A stretch of DNA of 32,000 nucleotides from contig OY776328.1 of assembly GCA_963675515.1 (NCBI GenBank), positions 1,410,001 to 1,442,000 of the forward strand, read 5' to 3'. Each line of letters opens with the position of its first letter. Within the stretch, counting starts at the first letter, position 1. The translations under genes were made by a program, and so were the position numbers. Under the pieces are notes generated by a model that had not been told where the DNA came from, ran no database searches, and saw nothing but the letters and a program-made list of their open reading frames with translations. This stretch comes from Coprobacillaceae bacterium (GTDB lineage: Bacteria; Bacillota_I; Bacilli_A; Erysipelotrichales; Coprobacillaceae). This document shows, one piece after another, positions 8,940-16,623 of this stretch.

Positions 8940-9465
8940 ACTGCTGATTCTTTGCGAGGGTTCAAATGAAAAGAAGATCATAGATTTGTTGTTGAGACAT
9001 GACAAACTGAAATTTACCACAAATGACCTTGTTGGCTTGGTTCCTTACCATGCCAGGCAGCTGAATTCCCCTGTTATCGTTACGGCACTAAATATGTATC
9101 AGGGAAATTTTGACATAATTCGAGTTGGTGACAAACAAAATGATCAATTGAAGCTACCACGCGACCTTAAACGAAGGATTGGAATAATACACAAATATTG
9201 TACTAAACCAGAGTTGGAAGTCTTATTGATCATTAATGAAGGTCTATACACGCAATTTTCCCGGTCCGGAAATAATAAGCCTAAGGAGTTTGCAAAAAAG
9301 CATATCGTGTACCAAAAGAGGCGATATGACAATTCAACCGAATTTTATGAATTGTACTACGGCAATCGAATCGATGACCTGGTTGACAATCTTAAAGAAT
9401 ATCGACGGTTGAAGAAGCATTCTTCTGATGAAATGTTTTTGGTAGACCTACTAAATAGCAGATGA
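8932..9465 (+). CDS. RloB/Toprim-like small protein (RloB, DUF4276 or DUF4435 type)
   Basis: 8-nt overlap with the upstream ATPase gene. The N-terminal LLILCEGSNEKK fits the CEGxxxE Toprim glutamate motif. IIRVGDKQND and KPELEVLLIINEG resemble the DxD and NPxFExWLLxH motifs of RloB-like proteins, from memory. Confidence 0.55.
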   Translation: MNKLLILCEGSNEKKIIDLLLRHDKLKFTTNDLVGLVPYHARQLNSPVIVTALNMYQGNFDIIRVGDKQNDQLKLPRDLKRRIGIIHKYCTKPELEVLLIINEGLYTQFSRSGNNKPKEFAKKHIVYQKRRYDNSTEFYELYYGNRIDDLVDNLKEYRRLKKHSSDEMFLVDLLNSR

Positions 9466-9657
9466 TTTTGGTTTATAATGTCGTTAACCATTGAAATTTT
9501 AATCTAACTATATTATTGAGTGACATTCACCTAATAGAAGGTCACTTGAATAAATTTCAATAATCGAAAGAGTGCCTTGTATTCATTTTCATCGTAAGCG
9601 TCAAATAGAGCGGTGGAAGAATATTCTGATGCAAGGAAAAAGGAATCCGCGGACAAT

Positions 9658-11463
9658 TTATTTCTGTCTTTGGATTCCTTTTTTAAGTTCTTTGATTTCT
9701 TTGGCCGTCAGTTGGCGCAAATATTTGGGCAGGTCCTTGTTGTATGGTAATAGCTTTCTGATTTCGACCTCATCACTTGGATCGATGCTTGGTAATCTTT
9801 CCAATACGTACTCCATGTACATGTATGCTGACAACCCATTCTCTTCGGCACTAAGTAGTAACGAGTAAATGATTGCCGCAGCTTGGGCTCCTTTGGGGCT
9901 GGTATAGAACTTGCAGCGATTTCTAGATACCACAAATGGTCTGATAACTCTCTCGGCGCTTGAATTGTCGAACGGAACTTTTGGATTATTGAATACTTCA
10001 CGGAATTCCTTCTCATGGTTCAATTCGTAATTAATTGCCTTGATCAACGTAGGTTTCATATTCACTTCAGGTAGCAAGATTATTTCTTTAAGGTACGCTA
10101 AAAAATTGTCATAAATAGGCTTTACGATATCATTTCGGCCCTTATGAACATACTCAAAATATTTAACTGGATTTTTGCCGTGTTTTGACTTAGCGGTCGT
10201 TTCAATCTTGTTTTTTGCTTCGAATATTTTCTGGTAATAACGATAGCACGTATATTCGTAACTTTTGCTTTTATCACTACCTTTTGGCAATACCTCAAGG
10301 GCTTTACGGAAATAACGGAAGGCGTGGACGTGGCAAAAACAGTTGGTGACATTATCAAGGGCCTCGTAGGCCCCATATGCATCGGTTACCAGGTAGTTCG
10401 AATAATCTCCGATGAAATCTTCGACAACACGTTTTGAGCGAGTGGGATCATAACGATATAAGATGATCGGCACATCATATTGGCAGGTTCTTACCACCCA
10501 CATGTAGGATTTACTTTGAGCCGTCTTGCCCTCTTCATTTAAAATTTGGGTCGTGGTTTCGTCGCAGTGTATCACATTCATGGCCAACAGATCCTTGCGC
10601 ATGCATTCGAACAGTAAACCCAGATGTACCGAGGCTTTAATCATCCAATTGGCCATATTTTGTCTAGGGATGACAACATCATTCTCCAGGAATCGTTTTT
10701 CCTGAGCGGCCAGGGGCAAACCCTTCAAATATTTCATATCCATTATATTCGCAATCAGCGAAGGTGAAGCAATGCTCCCCTTGATGACAGGTTGTCTGCC
10801 CGGAACTCTTTTATAAGATGACTTGCCGTCCAGGTTATGTTCCTGGCAAGCAACACATTCGTATACTGGAGTACGGTATATATTCATTTCCACTTTGGCT
10901 GGGGTATAGACGAGTTCCTTTCTTTCATCGTACTTTTTTATTTTCATGGTTGTACCACAAAGGTCGCAGACATCGAAATTTTCTGGTGTCGGCTCGTCAA
11001 TGATATTGGTTTTTAGGTGATCGTAGTTAATGTGCTTTTCTTTAGGGATTCTTACTTTTCTTTTGTACCCTTTGATTTCCTTGACTTCTATTTCTTCAGT
11101 CTCAGTTACCACACCAAAATCGATACCAATCAGACTGAAAAGGTCGGGACCTTGATTGTATTCTTTTATATTATTTCTCTGAGAGGAATATCTGGCGTTT
11201 TCTAATATCTTTATATATTCGTTTTTCTGTTGCAGTTCCAATTTGCGTTCGTTGATTTCACTAATCAGCTTCTTATTTTCGGCAATCAAAGTCTTTTCTT
11301 TAGCAGTGAATTTCTTTTCTTTGGCAGCCAACAGCTCATTTTCTTTGATAAGTTTAACTTTTGAAATACGGTCGGATTCGATTTTCTCACAAAGCTCTTT
11401 TTCTCTATTTTTGAAAGCAGCAATCAGCTCTTCTTTAGACATATTTTCCATCAGCTTTATCAT
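9658..11463 (-). CDS. tnpC: IS66-family transposase TnpC
   Basis: N-terminal coiled-coil/leucine-zipper region, a zinc-finger-like CDLCG...CVACQ, and a DDE-type core (HCDETT..., VTDAYGAY). The start is set at ATG 11463, after a GAGGTGG Shine-Dalgarno. Confidence 0.9.
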   Translation of the reverse strand: MIKLMENMSKEELIAAFKNREKELCEKIESDRISKVKLIKENELLAAKEKKFTAKEKTLIAENKKLISEINERKLELQQKNEYIKILENARYSSQRNNIKEYNQGPDLFSLIGIDFGVVTETEEIEVKEIKGYKRKVRIPKEKHINYDHLKTNIIDEPTPENFDVCDLCGTTMKIKKYDERKELVYTPAKVEMNIYRTPVYECVACQEHNLDGKSSYKRVPGRQPVIKGSIASPSLIANIMDMKYLKGLPLAAQEKRFLENDVVIPRQNMANWMIKASVHLGLLFECMRKDLLAMNVIHCDETTTQILNEEGKTAQSKSYMWVVRTCQYDVPIILYRYDPTRSKRVVEDFIGDYSNYLVTDAYGAYEALDNVTNCFCHVHAFRYFRKALEVLPKGSDKSKSYEYTCYRYYQKIFEAKNKIETTAKSKHGKNPVKYFEYVHKGRNDIVKPIYDNFLAYLKEIILLPEVNMKPTLIKAINYELNHEKEFREVFNNPKVPFDNSSAERVIRPFVVSRNRCKFYTSPKGAQAAAIIYSLLLSAEENGLSAYMYMEYVLERLPSIDPSDEVEIRKLLPYNKDLPKYLRQLTAKEIKELKKGIQRQK

Positions 11464-11608
11464 CGAAATCCACCTCGTTTCTCTTTGAGAGTATACCATA
11501 AAAATGGCTGTAAGTCTTGATTTTACGGCAATTTCTTAAAGATGTGAATAACTTAAAAAGATATAAAAGAAACCCACAAATTATTGTGAATTACTCCTAT
11601 ATCTTTCG

Positions 11609-11968
11609 CTAAATTATTACTGAAATATCCTTGAACGCCCGCTTTTGTTCAATCTCCAGACCATCAAGCAGCCAGTTTAGCTGCCGCAAGTCAACGGTCA
11701 TCGAGCTGATCTCATCTTGGGCCTTGGGCCAATAGAATCGATCAGTGTTCAACAGCTTCTTGGAGTGGATGACAAAACCGTTTTTATCAAACTCCAACAT
11801 CTTGATTGTCCGCTTGTTCCGGCTACAAAATATGTAGAGATTATTGGCGGTTGGATCCAGGTAAAGATTGTGGCTCACCATGGCGCTCAATCCCGCATAA
11901 CTTTTTCTTAAATCCGTTGCTCCGGGTACCAGATAGATATTGTCGAAGTCCTCAAATTTAATCTTCAT
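11609..11968 (-). CDS. tnpB: IS66 Orf2-like protein TnpB
   Basis: 119 aa. IYLVPGATDLRKSYAGLSAMV matches the conserved IS66 TnpB N-terminus. It overlaps tnpA by 11 nt. Confidence 0.9.
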   Translation of the reverse strand: MKIKFEDFDNIYLVPGATDLRKSYAGLSAMVSHNLYLDPTANNLYIFCSRNKRTIKMLEFDKNGFVIHSKKLLNTDRFYWPKAQDEISSMTVDLRQLNWLLDGLEIEQKRAFKDISVII

Positions 11969-12290
11969 CGAGCAACCTGATAAGCTTGGCCAAAGTCACC
12001 AAATCCGTTGAATCATCAACTTTGATGCAGGCTTTACCGATGACGATTTCAAAACCATCATTCCGGATAGTTGGAACGCAGTCGACTAAGCTAAGTTTTA
12101 CCAGCGGGCTGTTGACTTCGTTGGCACATTCGCTTACCCTGGATCTTTTCCGATACGGCTTCGAATATTTGTGGTAGCAAAAGGCATTAAAAGAAACGTC
12201 ATTGGCTAAGCACCATTTCTTGATTGGTAAATCACTATTGGCGGCATCTTCGAAAAACTGATGCCACTGGTCCTGAGAATATTGATTCAT
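11958..12290 (-). CDS. tnpA: IS66 Orf1-like protein TnpA
   Basis: Small ORF upstream of tnpB. The start is set at ATG 12290, after a GGAGGTG Shine-Dalgarno. Confidence 0.75.
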   Translation of the reverse strand: MNQYSQDQWHQFFEDAANSDLPIKKWCLANDVSFNAFCYHKYSKPYRKRSRVSECANEVNSPLVKLSLVDCVPTIRNDGFEIVIGKACIKVDDSTDLVTLAKLIRLLDED

Positions 12291-12393
12291 ATCACACCTC
12301 CAAGTTGATGTGATCATTGTATCAACAAAAAGAAAGGAATCCTACCACCGCTCTATTTGGCGCGTACTTTTCATCTAGTGTAATATGCCCAGT

Positions 12394-12433
12394 AAAAACA
12401 AGTACCCAAGCTCGCCAATTATGGCAGCTTGGG
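12394..12433 (-). terminator. Rho-independent terminator of the PRD regulator gene
   Basis: 9-bp perfect stem acccaagct/agcttgggt (12403-12411 and 12425-12433). On the minus strand it is followed by ACTTGTTTTT. Confidence 0.7.
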
Positions 12434-12475
12434 TATTTTAATGTTATTGAATTATCAGGATCAGGGGCTGATTGA

Positions 12476-14407
12476 TTAGATTATACTTTCATCCAGGATC
12501 CTGATGAAATCTTTGAAGTTCAAACAGCGAATCAGATCCTGCTGCAGTCTTTGGTTGTTGACAATCTCGATGAAGATGTCATAAAGGTGTTCGATATCCT
12601 GTTGATCACCTTTTTTAATTGCCAACAGGAAGACAATCTGGACCTTGTCGGTATCGTTCCATGGCAATGGTTCATCGAGTATGGCCACGGCCACCTTGGT
12701 TTTAAGGGCGATGACCTCCATCGGGTGGGGCAAGGCAAAGACATCATTCATATTGGTATTGGCTAGATGCTCACGCTTAATCACACATGCATAGAAATCA
12801 TCATCGACGCATCCGTTTTCCTTCAAATTTTCGCACATATCCTGCAATAGTTCTTCCTTGGAACTGTAGCTTGGAGTTCTGACAAACAGTTCCTTATCGA
12901 AAAAGCGCTGGGCTTTTTGCATCTTGTCATGTGAGAAAGATGCGATAAGTTTTGTAATTGCCTCGATGTCATTGTTCTTGAGGGCAAAGTCGACCGTTAT
13001 TGTGGGTATGATGTCGCTTTTCAAGGGAATGGTCGATATGATGAAATCGATGTTTTTGATTTCCCTTTTGGTGTAGGCCTGGAATTCATTGTATGATGCC
13101 TTGCGGCAGATAAAAATCTTGTCCTTGAAATAGACGTTGAGCCGGGCCTCGAGCATCCTGGTGGTTGCCTGTCCGGAACCGCAGACCAGGATGACGCTTT
13201 TTTTAGCGATTGACCCTGAAAAACACCGCTCTATTGCCGCTCCAATGTGCAAGGAAACATAGCCGACTTCATCTTCGTTCAGGATAAATGGTTCCTGCTT
13301 GAATACTTTGGCAGTTGCGGTAAGCGATATTTCAAAGGCGAGCGGAAAATTGCTCTTGATTGTGTTCAAAAGGGGATTGCGCCGGTCCAGGGAGTAGGCT
13401 TTTGTGGCGATTATCGATTGGAAATGAGTGAAAAGGTCGGTGTTAAGGATCTCATCATTGCGCAAGTCGAAATTATAATCCTTATGGATATGGTCGAGCA
13501 AATCAGTCACATAGCCTTTTATTTTGCCGTCTGTCACAGGGTTGTCGATGGAGCTGATATTGGCTACCATGTGGACATAGAGGTATTTCTTCTCCCAGTC
13601 GCTTATCTGGATCTGGTAATATTCATCCAGCTTGGCGCAGATTGAGTCGATATCCCCTTGAACATCGGCCGGTATATCAAGGGTACGGTCGGTAAGAATA
13701 AAGTTGTCATTGATGATTCGTGATATCATCAAGGCAAAATGGATGACCAGATTCTTCAAATTGTAGTCTGATATTTTTGCCATTCTTGATGAGAAGCTTT
13801 CTAGGACTGTTTCCCTTAGATAATCCAGATCGATTCCGGCAAACAGGGTGTATTCTTCTTTGGTGAACCCCATGACGTAGTTCTGGAAATCCTGGGAGAT
13901 CACGTTTTCTATCAGGCATTTGCGTTTGTTGCTTTCCAGGCCGATTATCTTGACTCCTTGTCCGCTCTTGGATATGTATTCCAGTTCATACTCATTCAAG
14001 ATTGATTTTATCGACCGCAAGTAGTTGTTCAGGGTGATCCGGCTGATGCATATCTGGTCTGCCAGATCATCTAGATCAAGATAGTCATTGCCATAAAGCA
14101 GCACACTCAACGTGTACTTTATCCTCTCCTGGGTCGAATCCAGTTCGATATGGCTTTCCTGCTGATCTTCGATCTGGTTCATGAACCGCTCGAAAACCGC
14201 CGTTTCACTGATTTCAAGATAGTAACCATGTTTGCGTCTGATCTTGATGCTTGCGCCGTGAACTTCAAGCACGTCGTTGATGTTCTGGATATCAGTGCGG
14301 ACTGTCCGTTCACTGATATTTAGGCTTTCTGCCAGTCGGGTACAGGTTATATAATCATTTTGGATAGTCAAACGCAACAGTTCGTTTAACCGGTTGTATT
14401 GGAACAT
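12476..14407 (-). CDS. PRD-domain transcriptional regulator (BglG/MtlR/LicR/ManR type) with EIIB-like and EIIA-like domains
   Basis: 643 aa. N-terminal HTH (CTRLAESLNISERTVRTDIQNI), central PRD-like repeats, an EIIB-like VILVCGSGQATTRMLEARL, and a C-terminal EIIA(Mtl/Fru)-like FALPHP. GGGAGG Shine-Dalgarno. Divergent from the PTS operon. Confidence 0.9.
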   Translation of the reverse strand: MFQYNRLNELLRLTIQNDYITCTRLAESLNISERTVRTDIQNINDVLEVHGASIKIRRKHGYYLEISETAVFERFMNQIEDQQESHIELDSTQERIKYTLSVLLYGNDYLDLDDLADQICISRITLNNYLRSIKSILNEYELEYISKSGQGVKIIGLESNKRKCLIENVISQDFQNYVMGFTKEEYTLFAGIDLDYLRETVLESFSSRMAKISDYNLKNLVIHFALMISRIINDNFILTDRTLDIPADVQGDIDSICAKLDEYYQIQISDWEKKYLYVHMVANISSIDNPVTDGKIKGYVTDLLDHIHKDYNFDLRNDEILNTDLFTHFQSIIATKAYSLDRRNPLLNTIKSNFPLAFEISLTATAKVFKQEPFILNEDEVGYVSLHIGAAIERCFSGSIAKKSVILVCGSGQATTRMLEARLNVYFKDKIFICRKASYNEFQAYTKREIKNIDFIISTIPLKSDIIPTITVDFALKNNDIEAITKLIASFSHDKMQKAQRFFDKELFVRTPSYSSKEELLQDMCENLKENGCVDDDFYACVIKREHLANTNMNDVFALPHPMEVIALKTKVAVAILDEPLPWNDTDKVQIVFLLAIKKGDQQDIEHLYDIFIEIVNNQRLQQDLIRCLNFKDFIRILDESII

Positions 14408-14484
14408 CTTCTAGCCTCCCTGTCGTTGCTTCAATTATATTCTAATGTTTCTCATGTGTAAAATCAAATTTCCCAAGATTTGTA

Positions 14485-14506
14485 TTTGCCATTTCCAAGT
14501 GGCAAA
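14485..14506. promoter_or_regulatory. Candidate operator: inverted repeat TTTGCCA-N8-TGGCAAA
   Basis: Perfect 7-bp arms sit in the divergent intergenic region. A related half-site, TTGCCATTT, recurs at 14528-14536. Confidence 0.35.
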
Positions 14507-14520
14507 TGATATCGCTTGCA
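14507..14520. promoter_or_regulatory. Candidate catabolite-responsive element (cre)
   Basis: TGATATCGCTTGCA versus the consensus TGWAANCGNTNWCA, with about 2 mismatches. It sits upstream of a sugar PTS operon. Confidence 0.3.
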
Positions 14521-14612
14521 ACCATCGTTGCCATTTATAACTGGAAATCGGCAGGATTGCAAGATCCGGCCAAATGGCCTAAACTGAAATTGTGACAAGG
14601 GGGTAGCGAAAG

Positions 14613-15062
14613 ATGTTACAGGAAAATTATATCGATCTTGATGTCGATAAGAAAAGTAAAGAAGACATCCTTGATTATATCAGCAACATAGCTCTGGAAA
14701 ATGCGGTTACCGATGACCAGAAGGCTTTGTATCAGGATTTCTTGGACCGGGAGAAGGAGTTTCCAACCGGGCTGCAGGATGGTTTTGCAATCCCTCATGC
14801 CAGGACGGACAATGTCAAAAAGGTTGCAATCATGTTCATCCGCAACAAGACTGGAATCGAGTGGGGGACTTTGGATGATCAGAAAGTGAATTACATGTTT
14901 GCCCTGCTGGTGCCTGAAAAGTACGAAGGTAACGTGCACCTGCAGATGATTTCCAAGTTAGCTACTTGTCTGTTGGAAGATGATTTTAAGGAAAAAATCA
15001 AATTGTCTTCGAACAAGACAGAGTTAAAAGAATATATTCTAACGAAAATGGAGGAGGAGTAG
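14613..15062 (+). CDS. PTS EIIA component, fructose/mannitol (EIIA-2) family
   Basis: 149 aa. The GFAIPHARTD motif holds the phosphorylatable His. AAGGGGG Shine-Dalgarno. Confidence 0.9.
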   Translation: MLQENYIDLDVDKKSKEDILDYISNIALENAVTDDQKALYQDFLDREKEFPTGLQDGFAIPHARTDNVKKVAIMFIRNKTGIEWGTLDDQKVNYMFALLVPEKYEGNVHLQMISKLATCLLEDDFKEKIKLSSNKTELKEYILTKMEEE

Positions 15063-15063
15063 C

Positions 15064-15381
15064 ATGAAAATAGTTGGAATTTCCGCATGTCCGGCTGGAC
15101 TGGCTCATACGCCAATGGCGGCCAAAGCTTTGGAAAAAGCCGGTGCCAAACTGGGTTATGATCTGAAAATGGAACAGCAAGGTAGCATGGGACAGGTCAA
15201 TGCCATCTCACTTGATGAAGCGCACGCCGCTGAGTTTGTGATTATCGCATCGGACCAGAAAATAGAAGGCATGGAACGCTTCAAAGGCAAACCGGTGTTG
15301 CGCGTTGATATCACTACTTGCATTAAGGCGCCCGAAGCAGTCATTCAAAAATGCGTCCAGGCAGTTTCTAAAGCAAAATAA
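15064..15381 (+). CDS. PTS EIIB component, fructose subfamily
   Basis: 105 aa. The N-terminal MKIVGISACPAGLAHTPMAAKALE contains the active-site Cys motif. Confidence 0.9.
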   Translation: MKIVGISACPAGLAHTPMAAKALEKAGAKLGYDLKMEQQGSMGQVNAISLDEAHAAEFVIIASDQKIEGMERFKGKPVLRVDITTCIKAPEAVIQKCVQAVSKAK

Positions 15382-15473
15382 AAGCAACTTGACTGTAGCG
15401 AGCCAAGTTGCCACAAACTGTAATGAGCCTGCACTCTCATTATAGCATGAAAAATCTAAAAGGAGAGACTAAA

Positions 15474-16574
15474 ATGAAGAAGTTTTTAAAAGAAGCAAAA
15501 GGTCATCTGATGACCGGTATCGGTTATATGCTCCCATTGATTATCGGGGCGTCACTGGTCGTGGCAATCCCTAAACTCATCGGGGTGGCCATGGGTATCA
15601 ACTCTTTGGATCCTTACAGCGATGCGACCGGAATGATGCATGTTTTGTACCAGTTGGAACAGGTTGGTTGGACCGGAATCGGTATGGTCAATACAGTATT
15701 GGCCGGGTTCATCGCCTATAGCATCGCAGACAAACCGGCAATCGGTGCCGGGTTGATCGGTGGGGCGCTGGCAAGCAACACCAAAGCCGGATTTTTAGGG
15801 GCGGTCATCGCCGCATTCATCGCCGGTTATTCGGTCAGATGGGCTAAAAAACACATCAAACTGCCTGAATCAATGGGTACAATGATGCCGTTGGTTGTTC
15901 TGCCGCTGATCGCTACCGGTCTGGTAGCCGTCATCATGGGTGTCATCCTGGCAACTCCGCTGGCAGCAATCAACAACGCTTTGGTTGAATGGTTGAGAGT
16001 AATGTGTCAGGGACAAACAAGCCAATTGGTGATGGCGCTTGTACTAGGGGCGATGATCGCTTCGGATATGGGTGGTCCGATCAACAAGTCAGCCTGGATG
16101 GCAGGAAATGTCTTACTGACTGAAGGAATCTATCAACCTAACGTCTATATCAACTGCGCAATCTGCATCCCGCCACTGGCATATGCGATTGCGACCGTGA
16201 TCAGAAAAAAACGTTTCTCAGCCAGCTTCCAGGAAGCAGGTAAAGGTAACTGGGTAATGGGATTTATCGGCATCACCGAAGGGGCTATTCCTTTTACCTT
16301 GGTTAAAGCAAGTAGATTGATTCCAGTCAACATGATCGGTGGGGCCTTGGGAGCGGCCACTTGCTACCTCTTGGGAGCGACTGCGACTATTCCTCCGGTT
16401 GGTGGAATGTATGGGTTCATCTCGATCACCAACGGTTGGGCTTATCTGGTCGGATTGCTGGTGGGGGCTCTGTTTATCGCCATCGTTTCGACAATCCTCG
16501 TAGATTTCACTGAAAACACTGAAGAATTAGGTGAAGATATCTCATTCGACGAGATTGAAATTTCAATAGAATAA
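15474..16574 (+). CDS. PTS EIIC component, fructose-like permease
   Basis: Polytopic hydrophobic protein. The start is set at ATG 15474, after an AAAGGAGAG Shine-Dalgarno; the track ORF starts earlier, at 15408. Confidence 0.85.
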   Translation: MKKFLKEAKGHLMTGIGYMLPLIIGASLVVAIPKLIGVAMGINSLDPYSDATGMMHVLYQLEQVGWTGIGMVNTVLAGFIAYSIADKPAIGAGLIGGALASNTKAGFLGAVIAAFIAGYSVRWAKKHIKLPESMGTMMPLVVLPLIATGLVAVIMGVILATPLAAINNALVEWLRVMCQGQTSQLVMALVLGAMIASDMGGPINKSAWMAGNVLLTEGIYQPNVYINCAICIPPLAYAIATVIRKKRFSASFQEAGKGNWVMGFIGITEGAIPFTLVKASRLIPVNMIGGALGAATCYLLGATATIPPVGGMYGFISITNGWAYLVGLLVGALFIAIVSTILVDFTENTEELGEDISFDEIEISIE

Positions 16575-16623
16575 TTAAACCAGGAAGATGAAAATCTTCC
16601 TGTATTTGTGAAAAGGAGCAGTT

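Larger units (their letters stand above)
9594..12366 (-). mobile_element. IS66-family insertion sequence, complete (tnpA-tnpB-tnpC)
   Basis: Terminal inverted repeats GTAAGCGTCAAATAGAGCGGTGG (9594-9616) versus CCACCGCTCTATTTGGGCGTAC (12345-12366), about 20/23 with one gap. Perfect 8-bp direct repeat TTTTCATC at 9586-9593 and 12367-12374. Three ORFs in the canonical IS66 order. Confidence 0.9.

Noticed and set aside
14408-14612. Sigma-54 (-24/-12) promoter, as used by LevR-type PRD activators
   Set aside because: TGGCA and TTGCA strings are present, but the GG-to-GC spacing is 15, 14 or 7 nt rather than 10. The regulator also lacks an AAA+ sigma-54 activation domain.
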